A DNA stretch of 64,000 bases from Vermamoeba vermiformis (GCA_045837725.1 JBEWZL010000063.1:186001-250000); one strand, 5' to 3'. Shown: positions 46,885 through 61,386, counted from the first letter of the stretch. Notes: generated by a model not told the origin, from the sequence alone. Numbers and translations are program-made.

Positions 46885-49800
46885 TCAGCTCTGATTTTCT
46901 TCGTTAACGTACTTGTCGCACACAGATTGAAGCTGCTCAAAGGTACAAGGCTTCGTAATCACTTCTTTCATGCCTGTTTTCAATGCCTCGTCTCGTGTTT
47001 CAGCCAACGCGTGTGCTGTTAATGCGACAATTGGAGTTGGATCTAGTCTTTCTTGAAGTATGGAAGCTGCTTCGAGACCATCTATAAAAAAGTAAGTTAC
47101 AATAAAAAACCAAAAATCAATTCTCGTGTCAAATGTCAAACAAACCAAAAATTTGTCAAAGTGTCAATTTTTTTCACGGATCCCGGACTTTATAAAAAAT
47201 GCGAATTAAACGATAATAAAATTAATGATATAATTACTTACTCATTTCAGGCATTTCAATGTCCATGAAGATCAAATCGTAGTGTTTTTCTTTCGTCTTT
47301 TCAATCGCTTCGCGACCGTTATTCGCAATGTCAACGCTACAATTCATCTTTTTTAGCATTGCTTTAATCACTAATTGATTGACTTTGTTATCCTACGCAA
47401 AAATCAAGTATTAGTACGCCGTTTAAATTGTGGATCCGATCTGTTATCGCTCGATCCGCTTACTTCAGCTAAGAGCAAAGATATTTTGTCAGGCTTCTCT
47501 AATGACTCTCTTAATGAAGGTGAGGCATTTTGATAACTGTGGATTAATGCTGTTTGTTTTTGACTTGGAACGCGAGGAATTGGAGCCAATCGATAATCGG
47601 GACTTAGATCCGGCTCTTGCGAGGTATTGCCATTAAAGTATTCAACAGTAGCTGTGATTTGCTTGTCTTCGCTCGGTACTTCATGATACGGAATGTAAAA
47701 ATAGAACGTTGTGCCTTCATTTTTCCCAGGGCTGAAAAACAAGATCCGGTCAGGATTCTATTACCATATTAGGAAACTTGGCGTATTACCTCATTACGGC
47801 AATGTCGCCTCCATGAAGAAGACAAATTCTCTTGCTAATCGCTATATTAGGAATGTCAGTACAGGTCGTAACAAGTGGCACGTCAAATTAGCTAGTTGAC
47901 ACGTGTCAAATATAATTTTGCGTACCTAACCCCAAACCACTTCCTCCGTACTTTGTACTCGTATCAGAATTTCCCTAAAGTTATGAAAATGATAAGCACT
48001 GAAAAAGTAAAAATGGACCAGATCGGATTCAGATCTATGAAGTCACGTACTTGTTCAAAGGCATCAAATATCTTCAACAAATTATTTTTTTCAATTCCAA
48101 TGCCGGTGTCTTTCACTGAAAATATTAAATAAGCTTTCTCTTTTTTTGATTGGCTGTCACCATTCCCGCTGTCAATTTTGAAGTCGTGGTCATCCGCGCT
48201 GCTAGCCAATAATTTCCGCTTAGAAAATACGGAGCTAGGCACTCGTAAAATCTGCGGTCTCGGAGATAACGTTGAAGTCCACGGAAGCGTTCCTAAACTG
48301 TTTCTTAATGACACTTTGACAGTGATTGTGCCTTGTTCAGTGAACTTGATGGCATTCGAAAGAAGATTGATCAACACTTGTCGAATGCGCAACGAGTCAC
48401 CGAGGAATTTTTGCGGCAATTTTTGAGTGTCAAAATTGACTTTGAGCTGGACTTTTGGATTCGCTGAGATTAACGGAGATACAACTTGCGTGCACGTGTC
48501 AATGAGCTCTTTCAAATTAACGCTTTCAATATGTAATTTCATCATCTGCGCTTCAATCTGAAAAAAAATCGTTAATTCTCCGCGGCCTAAAATTAGGGCT
48601 CAAAATACAAAAGTCATAAAAATCGACTGTAATTTGCGTTATTCCGTTACAAATATGATATAAATTGTATTATAAGGATATGTAATATTATTATGGCATA
48701 CCTTTGAGAAATCAAGCACGTCGTTAATAATTCCTAATAAATTGTTCGCACAATTCCTTGCGATCTGAATCAACTTCAATTGATCAGACGTAATGTTCTT
48801 AGCGCTATCTAATATATCAATAGCTCCAACTATTCCTACTAACGGCGTCCTACAAGATCCAGCGGTTAATTTTAAAGTGGGATCGGAATAAAGTCTGAAG
48901 AGGATTTCATCACGCGACAACAACGCGCAAACTCCCCTCGTGTTAACAATTGATAAGAATCATTTTCATATTGAATTAGGGTTATTATTGCAACTTACCG
49001 CAACTCATGCGACATCCGGCACAAAAATTCTGTCCATTGAGAAATAATCAATTAGTAACTATCAAGTGCCTATATTTTAGTGCGTATATTATTACCTGTC
49101 TTATATTGGTTCGCTTTAGCTATATCTGCAATAATTTGGGTATATTTCCGTTCATAACTCGCCATTATGACAAGCAGCGAGAAGTTTAAATAAAGAGAAT
49201 GTATCCTAAAATTAAATTTGTTAGTGCTTGACAATATTTTAAGGGAATATTGCGTAATTGAGAGAATCTAATGGCAAAAATTTTTGGGATGCCGTTGGAT
49301 CTTACGAAAAAATTCTTGTCATCTCTTCAGGTGATCTTGTTCCATTAAAATCGTATCCATTTTGCTCCATCACGTATAAAATGAACGTCGAGAGTACGTT
49401 ATAAGCGATACCAATTCCGATCCCCAAGTTGCCTATTAATTGTTAAAATTTATTAGTTTAATGCTCGGAAAATAGCCAAAATATAATTAAAATAATTACC
49501 ATATAGGACGTTAAAGAAAAATACTATAATGCCATGCCTGGACATTTGCGTCGTTATTCCTCCAAACATTACGCTCAATAAAAATACACAGAGCATTGTT
49601 CCACCAACCACTACTCCATTTGCAATGCGTATACTACTAGTATAGGCTAGTGCAATAATTCCGATTATTACTGAGACTAGAAAAACCAGGAATGGAACTG
49701 GATGCGCATGTTCATAGAGGTATGGCGGTGAAAACGGGAATAAACCAGCTAATAATAGCAATAGTGTGGCCTCGAATAATTTAAAATAAATATTGATGAG

Positions 49801-49914
49801 GTGCTTGACCTGCGGATTGGAAGTGTAGAGTTGAGCAAAATCCGCCGGAAGCCTCCGCATGAGCCAGGCCAATATTGCACGTTCGAATCGTAACGGCGAA
49901 AATGCTCGATCCAT
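46885..49914 (-). CDS. Hybrid histidine kinase (multi-TM sensor, HisKA, HATPase, receiver)
   Basis: [86 protein letters not shown]. Confidence 0.93.
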
Positions 49915-50294
49915 GTTGTTGCATTACTAAATATATAAATAAATAATGGAAATGAGATTGCAAACCGAAATTTGTCAGAAGATACGAAAGTATACGAAAG
50001 TATATCCCACCCTCAAACACTTTTCCATCTTTAGCATAAAATAACATTAGTACCTAAAATAGTCCAATTAAACATGAAGCGTGCAAGATCTTGGTTTGCG
50101 AGCGGATCTGCTTTTCTTCGAATTGATTTTATCTCTCATCAGTACATGAACAAGAGTCTAAACAAAATTCTTCAAACAAACGGAAATCACATTGTATTTT
50201 CGCTTGCTGAAGGCTAATAATAAATACAATACAAAAATCGATCGCTGACTTTGGGAGGATCAGATGCATCCAGGACCAAGCCTCAAGAGTTCCT

Positions 50295-53200
50295 CTAACT
50301 CAAGAAGTACTTGTTCAATAAAAACAATGTCTCGGGCACGTTCAAGGTGAAGTTATCCATTTCGTACGAATTGATACCTGTCTCTTTCTTGTCCAACAGA
50401 TCGTCCAACTCGAGCTTCAATTTGGCAACGACCACTATCAACAACACTTGTTAGTATAAATTACTAAAATATGAAAATGTTGTTACGTACATCCTGCCAA
50501 TTTGGCCTCAATGTCAAAAGTACCGTTCTCGATCGGATCCAACATCTTGATAAAGAGATTGATCTTCTTCCTGCAAAATAATAATTGAATTAATAACCTA
50601 AGCGCAATAATCAAGCTAAGATGTATCATATAAACGAGTATTAAGACCAATTCTGCCACGAAATTGCTCAAAAAGGATGGAATCCGGATCACATCCAGCG
50701 AAAAGTAAATTAGAGTCCTATAGGCGGTATAATACGTACTCTGAAGCACTCATTTCACTCTCGCCCATTTCGATAACACCACGCTTAACGAGCTCTTTGA
50801 AATGGAACTTTTGCACCATCTTCTTTCTGTGCTTCGAATTGCGGTACACGTTCTGACGGCACGAAATGAGATATTTTTGATATTCCATGAGCTGATTGTT
50901 CAAATAGCCTTGGTACTTCATAATATTCTTGTACGCTAATCGCAATCGTTCAAGTTCTTTCAGTTGCTGTTCTCGTCGGTTTGTTCGGTTTACAACTTTC
51001 TATAATATCATATTATTAATAAAACCATTCAAGTCAGCAAAATTAACTAGGAATTGTCCGAAGAAATTCTCCGAAAAAAAAATGAAATTAACTTACGAAA
51101 GCAACGTCACGCAAGAACTCGGAGTAATTCTTCTCGGGATCGACTTTGTTATGTTCCGTTAATATTTTCAAGTTGTCTTCCGTCTTAGTAACAAGACTTT
51201 GTAGGATTTTGTCGTTGGATGCGCTAGCATACTCGCGTGCTGCTTGAAGCACTTCCATCAACGTGTGTTGCCTGCATAAATCTCGTCAATAGCTGTAATA
51301 TTATACTAATGTCTATGATCATTCGTACCTCTTGCCAGTCTTGACAATTGCGCCCAAAATCTTGACCACATAATCAACGGTCTGCTCGTATCTGACATTG
51401 ATATTCGAGTCATCATCTAAATAAGGGTAATTAGCACTGTAGATTGATGTATGTACAATTAACGCATCGTACCGAGAATATTCTTCGTCAATTCTTTGAA
51501 TCGGTTCTCGAGAGTCAATTGCACCTCAGTATCTTTTTGACTCTCAGTCAGCGTCGGAACGTCTCCGAGATCAGCCATAATAATTCTATTCTGTTGTCAG
51601 TACGAGCGACTAATAGTGAGTCAACTAATATTACCTTAAGGGATCGTTGGCTTCAGGTGCAAGTTGGCCCAAGTGCCTGTACAACAACGCGTGGATCTCG
51701 GTGATTTCTTCCAGAGAGATAATAATGAAGGGCTTTTCAGTGCTATACAAGTCCATGTATTTGTTGACCTAAGCATAATTAGATATTTATACTATGGTGT
51801 ATATTTCTACTTACTTGCAAATACTCCTCGGGATCCGTTACATCCATCAAAGTCTTAAAGTATGACTCGACACTAGTGTACTTATTAGAAACGGTATCGT
51901 TGATTATAGAGCCATTGAAAACTTACGTTGGAATGTTCTTGCTAATCCAATCGTTCAAAGGCGTCATGACGTTCTTGTTCGGGAACAAATCCAAATTGAA
52001 CAAGCGTTGAAGAACAATAGAAATCTGCGCAACAATTAGCCTACTGTAATAAATAATAAGACTTTAAGACTTACCGTGATCAAGTTCTTTCGTTTTCCAG
52101 CAGGAGGAGCTTCAATGTCAAAAGCTTCAGGCGTGACAATGATCAAGTTCATGAAGCGATAAAACACGTAGTAGCCAATGACCTTAAGAATGTCTTGGTG
52201 GTTTGCCTTCGGGAATCTGGCTTGAGCACTAGCCATGATCTGTTTGCAAATCAAACGAAGACCGTAAGGCACACTGTTCACGTTGTCAATCGCGATCTTC
52301 AAGATGTCATCGCAAACTTTGGTCAATTGTGCCACGCGTTGCTGAAGAATATCTTGCACTTCGGTATTGCTGCTCAACTCTTCAACGGAGATATCAGTGT
52401 TCGTCTTGCCTTGTTGCTTTGCTAAGCCGTGATAAACCTGTCAAAAGTGTCAAAAAAATGACACGTGACACGTGTCTCAATTGTGACTTACAGCCAACGG
52501 CTTCAATTCGAATTCATAATCTTCGGTCAAGAACTTCTTCAAGTAGATGCCCAACGTGCTCTTCAAGAACTCAACACCTTGCTTTCGCTTGTTGTAAGTG
52601 ATCAACATCTTGGGAATGATTGAGTCTGTTTGAGTCAACTCGTTGATATCTGACTTGAGATGCTTGATTTCGTTCAACACGGCCAAATAGAACAGCTTCA
52701 GCAAGAGGTATTCTTCACGTGGTGCGAAGCTGTGTCCGAACAAGGTCAACAGAATCGTGTCCAAGAATTTAGTGACGGAGTCTGATTGTACCAAGAAGGT
52801 CCTTCACAAGGGACATGTCAGCAACTTTTTCACGAAAGTGAAGCATTACTTACAAGTTAGCGAGGTATCCAGGCTCAGTCTGCAGCAGGTAGAACAAGTG
52901 ACTGTAGATTTCAACTCGTTTGGGCGCTAACAAATCGATTTTTGATCGAGGAGATTCGAGCACCGCCTTCGTCTTGGCTTTGCGCTCTTGACGATCCAAT
53001 TCCTAATTAAAGCAAGATACTTAGTATTTTGATAGTGGCCTAGAGGTACTATATATACATACTTGAATGGAAGTTCTGTTTGCAATAAGTAGCGAGATCT
53101 TTTTCTCGAGTTTCTTGAGTTCCTGCTCCAACGAATAGTTCTTTCTGTTCTCTTGAATAATCATTCGCTTCAATTCTCCGATTTCTGAGTGCATGTGGTT

Positions 53201-55188
53201 AGTTTAAGAGCTATAATTATATGGATGATTGCTCGTACCTAAGATCCAGGCCTTGTCGTCTGCTTGATCGGGACTCAACGCCATAATATTTTGCATTTCA
53301 TCAATGCTCAAGTTACCGTTCTTCATTCTCTCAGCCTTAAGCTTGTACTCAGCCATTTCTCTTAACAACATTCGAACTTGAAGGGTCAAAAGCAAGCACT
53401 TTCGTTCCATGATGAAAACCGAATCCGGGATCAAGGCTTGTACGTCGAGATCTTTTGCTACTTGAATGGCATTGGCGGTAACAACACCTTCGTGGATAGG
53501 ACGCTCGAGGTCAGCCAATAAATCATCAAAAGCAGGATCCGCTGGAGTTTCAACCGGATCAACGGAAGTGGAACTCGTTGTAGCTTGCTTCTCCATGCTA
53601 GTCGAGACATCTGTTTAGTTAATAAAATGCAGTTAGATTCGACGCACGTAAATTCAGTCAAAAATGCGTGATAAAAATACTCTTTCGTATCGGATTTAAA
53701 CTTACTAGTCGATCGAGAAAAGCTCAGACGAGTTTGGATAGGCAAACGAGAGCGTGATAATGACAGTCTAGGAACTGCCCCTCTGAATGAGCCTGAAGTG
53801 GACAAAGTTGCTGTTGGAGCAGGAGTAGTGTTCGTGGCAGCTGCGCGTGTTGGTGAAACGGATCCTGATCTGGTCGTACTAACAATGCTAGAATTGGTGC
53901 CAGATGATGCACTAGACTTTCTCCAGTTAATAGGGCTGTTGCTACCGGATCCAGGGTTACCAGAAACGATTGGTACTGGCGGATTCGCTACGCGTCCACT
54001 CATTGCAGAAACATCGTCGTCTGTAACTTGTTTGGGCGCCATTTGTCGTGGAGAAGCAGGATTAGATGAGTTATTGCTCGAAGTAGCATTTGTAGCGCGA
54101 GGACTATTTTGCCAAGCCAGATTCGGTACTTGTCGTGGGGTAAGTCCAGTTCTAGGGCTTTCAATGGCCGAAGATGGCGTCGATGAGGCATCACTGGCAC
54201 GACTAGGAGGAGGTGTACGAGGATCAGTCGCTGTTTCAGCTGTTGAACTACGAGAACTGTTGTCGCCGCTCGAAGTACCAGATTTGAGTTGTTGCTGCTT
54301 CAAAGCGATCTCTTGTAGCTTTCTTTCTACCTCTGCTTGTCGCTCCGACAGCTCCTTAAGCTTATTTTCTTCATCTGAAATAAAATAACCATTGTAAGAT
54401 CACGTGCACCAAAAATGATTATTTTGCGTCCGCAACACAAATTTCGATTAAATTAGCGTGCAATTGCTATCTCATATTTAGAATTAGTTATGACGAATTT
54501 TTTTAGACCGAAATTATTTCAAAACGACGATACGGAAAGCGGATCTAGCCGTTGCCAATCAAAAATTGCAATCTTCGTAATATTAAGAATCAAAAATAAG
54601 CGCCTGTGCGCGTTGATGTCCAATAATATATAAAATAATTTCCAATATTTAACGCTTAAATAAAACGGGAAACACGAAATTGCTAACGAGTCCCATCTCG
54701 CCCAAGCACACAATATTTGACGAATGAATCACATACCTGCGTTCCAAACACCTTCTCCTGGTGGTCTATATGATCCTAATTGAAAACCTCGCTTCGGCGG
54801 TGTTGATTGACTGGATACCGTGCTCGTTTGAAATTGTTTGTTGCTGGGAGAGCCCGCAGCAGGCTGTGTATTTTGTGATTGTTGTAATTGTGTGCCTGTC
54901 GATACGTGGTATTAGTACCGCTGTGCCGATATTTCTGTATTCCACAGATGTGACAATAAAAAAATCGTCTATCGAATCTTTTGAAATTAAAGCCAACGGT
55001 CCGTTGAATAATCTCATAATTATTTGTAAATCATAATAATAATTTTGATAATTACCTTGAGAATTGTTGGAGTTAGCAATTGGGATGGGATTTGACGCTG
55101 CAACATTTTCTCTTGGACTCGTCGGTGTATTATTGCTGGCTGCCGTCGGATTTGACCGCTGCGATCCTAATAAAAATCTACTAGACAT
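50295..55188 (-). CDS. IQGAP-related RasGAP-domain protein (Dictyostelium DGAP1/GapA type) with long S/T/P-rich N-terminus
   Basis: KISLLIANR, YSHLFYLLQTEPGYLA, PREEYLLLKLF, VPYGLRLICKQI, FYRFMN..VTPEAF, and a RasGAP_C-like end (LELDDLLD..LNVPETLFLLNK). Confidence 0.88.
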
Positions 55189-56118
55189 TTTGACTGATTT
55201 AATAAACTTCTATTCTAGATGGAACGCATCCGGATTGTCTGTCAAAGTTGACCGTGGAATAAATAAATATGCAAATATCTCTTTGTACTGCACGGTTGTA
55301 ATAGTGTTACTATGCGCAAAAAATCTTGAGAACAAAGTAAAGATACGATTTTGTGTCATCGTTCGTCAATTTGCTCGTGACATCTTGACACAAATCCAGA
55401 CTAAACAACCACAAATCTGTTCTACACGTTAACTATTAATTATTATTGGCTCAAGCAAATCTTGGAGACTCGGTTAGGTGCTAAAATTGGAATTACGCCT
55501 CCGCTTTCGAAAAAAAACGGCTGCAATAAACAGACCTCTCCCGTTCTAGCTAATTAATTGAATAGTAACAAAATATGTTAATTAATTCGTGACGCAGAAA
55601 TTAATAGAAAGTTTGTAGTAGCACATACAAGTAAAATACGGATGGAGTTAGATTCGACATCCGAGACCGACGACACGGTCCAAAATAAGATATAATCGTT
55701 AATTCTATTATTTTTTATCTCACAGGATTGCTGTATTTGATCTCAAATAAAGAATCCTAGTTGTGTTGGTCGGGGAAAATAAGGGGCACGACCGTTACAA
55801 ATCATTTAAGTGAACTGAACAACCCGATAACAACAATATTTTCGCTAATGAAGTCACTATAGCAATTAACGTAATAATAACATTCAAAGTTGAGTCAGAA
55901 AACGTAACCCGATAACTAGATCAACCTGGTAAGGCCCTAAATACCACTAAAATAAATTAAAAATTCTACTAATAATACACATTCATTTTCTTTATCGATT
56001 TTCGGAAGTAGGTACAATTATTTTGAGCTAATTCGTAATTTTCCCTCAAAAAATGTAATGCAACTCCGAACAATCCCCCAAATTGATGATTGTATCTGAT
56101 AATTTATCTATAGACAAT

Positions 56119-57909
56119 ATGGCATCAAATACCAGTGAAGAATTGGAGAAAAAGGATGAGGAGTGCTCGACGGAAAATTCAACATCACCAGATCCGTGTG
56201 TACAACCCAATGAAGTGGCCGATTGGCTTGGATCATTTAATTTCTCTACATATACTGCCATTTTTTTGGATCAAGGATACGACAGTCTTTTTGTGTGCTC
56301 GCATCTTGACGAGAGCGATCTAGATCTGCTTCAAGTAACGAAGCCTGGACATAGAAAGATGCTATTGTTAAAATCGAAAGAATTGGCAGAAACGAGAAAC
56401 AATATTGAGGCTGCAGTAAGTATCACAAAGCGAGATGTAGCTTACTACTTTTGGATCGAAAAGTTTAAATTCGCTAAATGGGTCATTAATATTAAAACAA
56501 TATCGTATTTATACACTTCTATAGAAAAAGAAGAAGGAGAAATTCAAATTCGCCAAAGTCAATCGACAACTGAGCGACACTTATTGGGAACGGACAAAGC
56601 CACGGAAAGAACCCTATGATACTCAATTGCCCATCATTGACATAACCAGCAATACTAGTAGTCACGGTGAGTATTTGGCTTCCAAGTCCGTTTCCAGATT
56701 CTAGAACCGACGGATCAGATTCTGAAATCTAATGAACATTCAAAGTTGGATACGATATGGATAATATCTCGTATATTGATACTGATATTATATATTTTTA
56801 GGTATACGAGTGTTTCTTGTCAGGCACGGACAATCTCTGGCGAATGAAGATCCGTCGTTTTACACGAAGATGGCGGACCACGCAGTACCGTTATCAGATC
56901 ATGGACGCGAACAAGCGACTGACGCAGGCAAGCACTTATTAAGTATATTCAAGTAAGTCATACAATGCATAATATAATGGAGCACAACGGGTATGAAATA
57001 ACGTGGCATTGACGATGTTCTTCTGTAGAAATATTTATGGCACAGAAAAACCCAAACATCATTATTGTCGATTATGGACGAGTCCTTATTTAAGAGCACG
57101 AGAGACTGGGGAGCTGATTTGTAGAGAGGCTCAAGGTTCGTTGCTACGGAAGTGGTTTGATGGATCACTTTCTTAAAGAGATATTTCATTAATAGGTTGG
57201 ATCGATGATACTAGAGAGCACATGTTTTTAGGAGAACAACAGTTTGGCTTATTTGAGGGTACGGATCCAGGAACTTTTCGACTAGATTTTCGAATTAATT
57301 GCTGATCGTGCTTAGGAGTGGATTGGGATTCAGACGAAATTACAGAAGCATATCCAAAAGAATTAGAATATTATCAGGTAAGCATTTAAAAAGAAAGAGA
57401 ATTTTATGTCACGTGTACTGACCGAACTTATGAAGAAATGTGCGGCGTTTGGCGGAAAATTTTGGGCGAAAATTCCATTAGGCGAGAGTCGATTTGACGT
57501 CTGTTTGCGTGTGTCACAAGCGTTTGGAAGTTTTCATCGCGACGCTGCTATGCACGGTATCAAAAACATAGGTACACGCATGAATATTGTTAATAAGAAG
57601 CTATTTCTTATCACTAATAACGGTCTATTTTAGTTATTGTTAGTCACGGTATTACTATTAGAGCATTTTTAACAATGTGGCTGCATTTAACGCCCGAGGT
57701 AAAGTGACACGTGATCTGTTGCAATAACACTTTGATTAATTTACTCATTACAGTGGTTTGAAGAAGAACCTAATCCGGCTAATTGCTCTATTCGACTAAT
57801 AGAGAACAACATCGACAAAGGCTATTTATACACACCGAAACGACCGGAGTTATCAACTTCGACCACCGATCTGCTGTTATCGAAGAACACCGAGCGAGAA
57901 CAACCGTAA
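56119..57909 (+). CDS. SAM domain plus histidine phosphatase (PGAM/DET1-like)
   Basis: VADWLGSFNFSTYTAIFLDQGYDSL..KPGHRKMLL (SAM); FLVRHGQS, TSPYLRARET, LGEQQFG, GESRFDVCLRV, IVSHG. Confidence 0.87.
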
Positions 57910-58195
57910 GAATAAATGTAAATATTGGTAATCTACTAGGCAACTTTGATCAATTTACAACGTTCATTGAATAATGAGATCTTTGCACGCTGATCAAGAA
58001 ACTAATTGTTCCGCGTTCTAGTGGCAATAACTTAGATATCACAGCGTGTGATTATAGCGTTAACCAAAAGTATCCTTTCTAGCGACTGAGGTTATTAGAA
58101 AAGATAATTTCGTAAATTTACTCGTTTTTCTCCAATTGCCTTTTAAGGTAATTTATGGCAGGACAACAGTTATTATTGGCAGTATTATCAATTCA

Positions 58196-61027
58196 ATGCC
58201 CATCATGAAGCAACAGAAGAGTGGGCGAAATGCCTATCTTGCTTGGGAAGATGGCGTTATGCACAAATTACTCCGCATCCTACCGACGGGATTCGTTGCA
58301 AAATACAATACGTCGGCAGAAATACGAGTAGTGACGCTCTCATATTTACGATATTTTTTATTATACATTGTGCTATTATTATCATCATTTTATCCGCTTG
58401 GAAGATACATAGATCTTCTTGCCAATACATCCGGCATGCTTATTGGAACAACAACAACAATTATTGGATTTTTTCTATTTGTAATAACGAAAAATCCATC
58501 GGTTGGCACGAATCTCGTAATGATTAACTCAATGACGATTTTGTGCTGGCTCAGCTACAGTTATGGAGGAATGGCAAACAACATATTAAGGCATGACGCC
58601 CTTATATTTGCTATGGGCATGTTTTTCGGTAATATCAGAAATAGAATTTTGTGTTTTTAGAATTGTTGTGGATTTGACTCCCAAATTATTTTTAGGATTG
58701 AAGGGCGTCATCTCAGGCGTGGCATTCAATATTATATCGACGACTGCCTTTATGTACTTGGAGAGGAATGGCATGGACTTCTACGACGGCAGATCGAGAG
58801 AAGAAATTCGCGAGATTATGTGGTACGTTCCACCAGGTGTAAAAACTTACGTTTATCTTAGCTGCTATGCAAAATCCATTATGAATAATAGTATAATACG
58901 CTATCGGCGGGCGATGTTTTGAAATTTAGAATTTTTTTAAACGGAAGGCGTCCCAATTCCCTCAATGAAGCTTATAATGATTATCCAGCTGATTTCTTTC
59001 GCATTTTATGTTGTATTTGATTTGAAAAACTTACTTAGCATCATTTTCAGGTATCACGCTATGTACCAAACAATTATCAGCACTTTCTTGATGTATAGCT
59101 ACGAGCGAAAACAAGCGCAAGCACTAAGACATATCTCAGAGGTTAGCCAACATAAAACTGGTAAGGATGCATATAAATTTATTTCCAGATTATCGGAGAA
59201 AAAAAATGTACTATTTTTAGTTGCCGAAAATATTAGCAAAGGATAGATCCATGCCCCGAGATTATCCGATTTCTTACTATGTTTACTAATGCTCGCATTT
59301 TTAGAATTCCTTTGTCGCATGTCGCATGAGCTGAGGTAAAACCGAACCGATCGCACATTTGATCCCTTAACTAACTCCATTACACAACTTAGAACACCAC
59401 TTGTTGGTATAGTAGGAGCAATAGATATTCTAAACAACGCAAAGAACATTACGGCCGAGCAGTTGAAGCTGATTCAAATTGCCCGAAGTTGCGCAACTAA
59501 CTTACTCGGGATCATTAACGACGTACTTGATTTTTCAAAAGTAAGAATGTCTTTATCATATTATACCTAATAATAATGTAAATGAATTTAGATTGAAGCT
59601 GAGAAGATGAAGTTACACTTTGAAAACGTACACTTACGAGATCTGATCGACACGTGCGCACAAGTTGTATCTCCGTTAATCTCAACGAACCCAAAAGTAC
59701 AACTCAAGGTCGATTTTGACTCCCAAAAACTGCCTCAGAAGTTTTTTGGTGACTCGTTGCGCATTCGACAAGTGTTGATCAATCTTCTTTCGAATGCCAT
59801 CAAGTTCACTGAACAAGGCACGATAACTGTCAAAGTGTCATTAGAACAAAATATCAACAATATTCCGTGGTTGTTCCAGAAATCTCCGGTGGTACTCAAG
59901 AAGAGCGACAGTTTGGATAGCTTCGATCGAACGCGGTCTTCTTCACATCGCCGATCTGGTTCCGTCGAAAAGATGATGAAACCTGATAGTCCTAAAGTAC
60001 CAGCAGCATCCGAGAGAAGTCCGTTGTTCTTAGTTTTCTCTGTTATTGACACTGGCATCGGGATTGAACCTGGCATCATCTCGAAGCTATTTGATGCCTT
60101 CGAACAGGCTGATTCGTCAACAAGCAAGAAGTACGGAGGAAGTGGTCTTGGATTAGGTAAGTCAATTTCAACAGTGCGTGCCCTGGTGATTTTAGCAACG
60201 CGTACTGACTCGCTTATTTTTCAGCTATTTGCAAAAATATTTGCAAGCTGCATGGAGGAGATATTGCTGCTGAAAGGTAATAACGATCTTTTTGTACATC
60301 TTAAAGGTATAGAGGTCTAATAATGCTATGAAAGTGCTGGCAAGGGCAAAGGAGCTGCGTTCTATTTCTATGTTCCGTTTATTGAAGTAGCGGACGATAG
60401 TTTGACCAAAAGCATGAGCGAGATGACGAATTCGAGCAAGTTTTCAATGACTGTTATCAATATAGACCAATCGAATGTAAAGGTTGACGACGAAGAGGAA
60501 GCAGATCCAATTCATCCAAGTCAGACCGAAGTGAAAAGCGACGAGAGTGTGCTCCTTGCAGAAGACAACAAAGTGAATCAATTGGTTATTAAGACGATGT
60601 TATCGAAGTTAAATTACAGAGTTGATATTGCCAACAATGGAGCCGAGGCGGTCGAATTGATGAAGCAAAAGCGTTATTCCATCGTATTTATGGACATCGA
60701 AATGCCTATATTAAGTAAGTACCTCTCAGCTATTTAACAAATTTCGGTGGATATTCCTATTGATAAATTAGTGTCGAAGATTATGACGTGTAAAGTGAGT
60801 GGATCTAACTTTTTTTAGACGGGCTTGAAGCGACACGACAATTGCGAGAACTAGGATTCAACACACCTATAGTAGCACTCACTGCTCATGCGTTAGTTGA
60901 GACAAGAGAAGAAGCGTTTAAAAATGGAGTTAATGACGTGATCGCAAAACCTTGCAACTTCGAACAACTCCGACAAGTCTGCACTACATTCATAACCCCC
61001 AGCAACGGCGAAGACAAGCCGAGGTGA
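58196..61027 (+). CDS. Hybrid histidine kinase, paralog of 46885-49914
   Basis: TM region; [65 protein letters not shown]. Confidence 0.93.
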
Positions 61028-61386
61028 TAAAAGCGCGATGCTTCTGTAGTATTAAATGTAAATAGTGTAAAATATGTTTGTTGGGACCGTTTAAAAAATT
61101 GTTGTTCTGAGGTTTGAAGTTCAACTTTCAACTTTAAAGTTCAAACCACAATCCATCATATGATGTGCGATTATTTTAGCATACGTTATTCTAATTTTCG
61201 ACCGCCAAAAACCTGGCGTAGTACCACCAGCTCGTTGCGGAGAATCCAATCAAATCTGGCTTGATTCTCTGAAAGCAACCAGATCAGGACACACCAAGAC
61301 AGATCTGAGGTAATTTTCTTGTCAAGACAAAGAAGAAGGACGCACCGAAACAACCAACTACACATCTGTTTCCCTTCATTGCGCAA

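Noticed and set aside
53798-54388. 196-aa plus-strand ORF
   Set aside because: Antisense of the S/T/P-rich IQGAP-like N-terminus.
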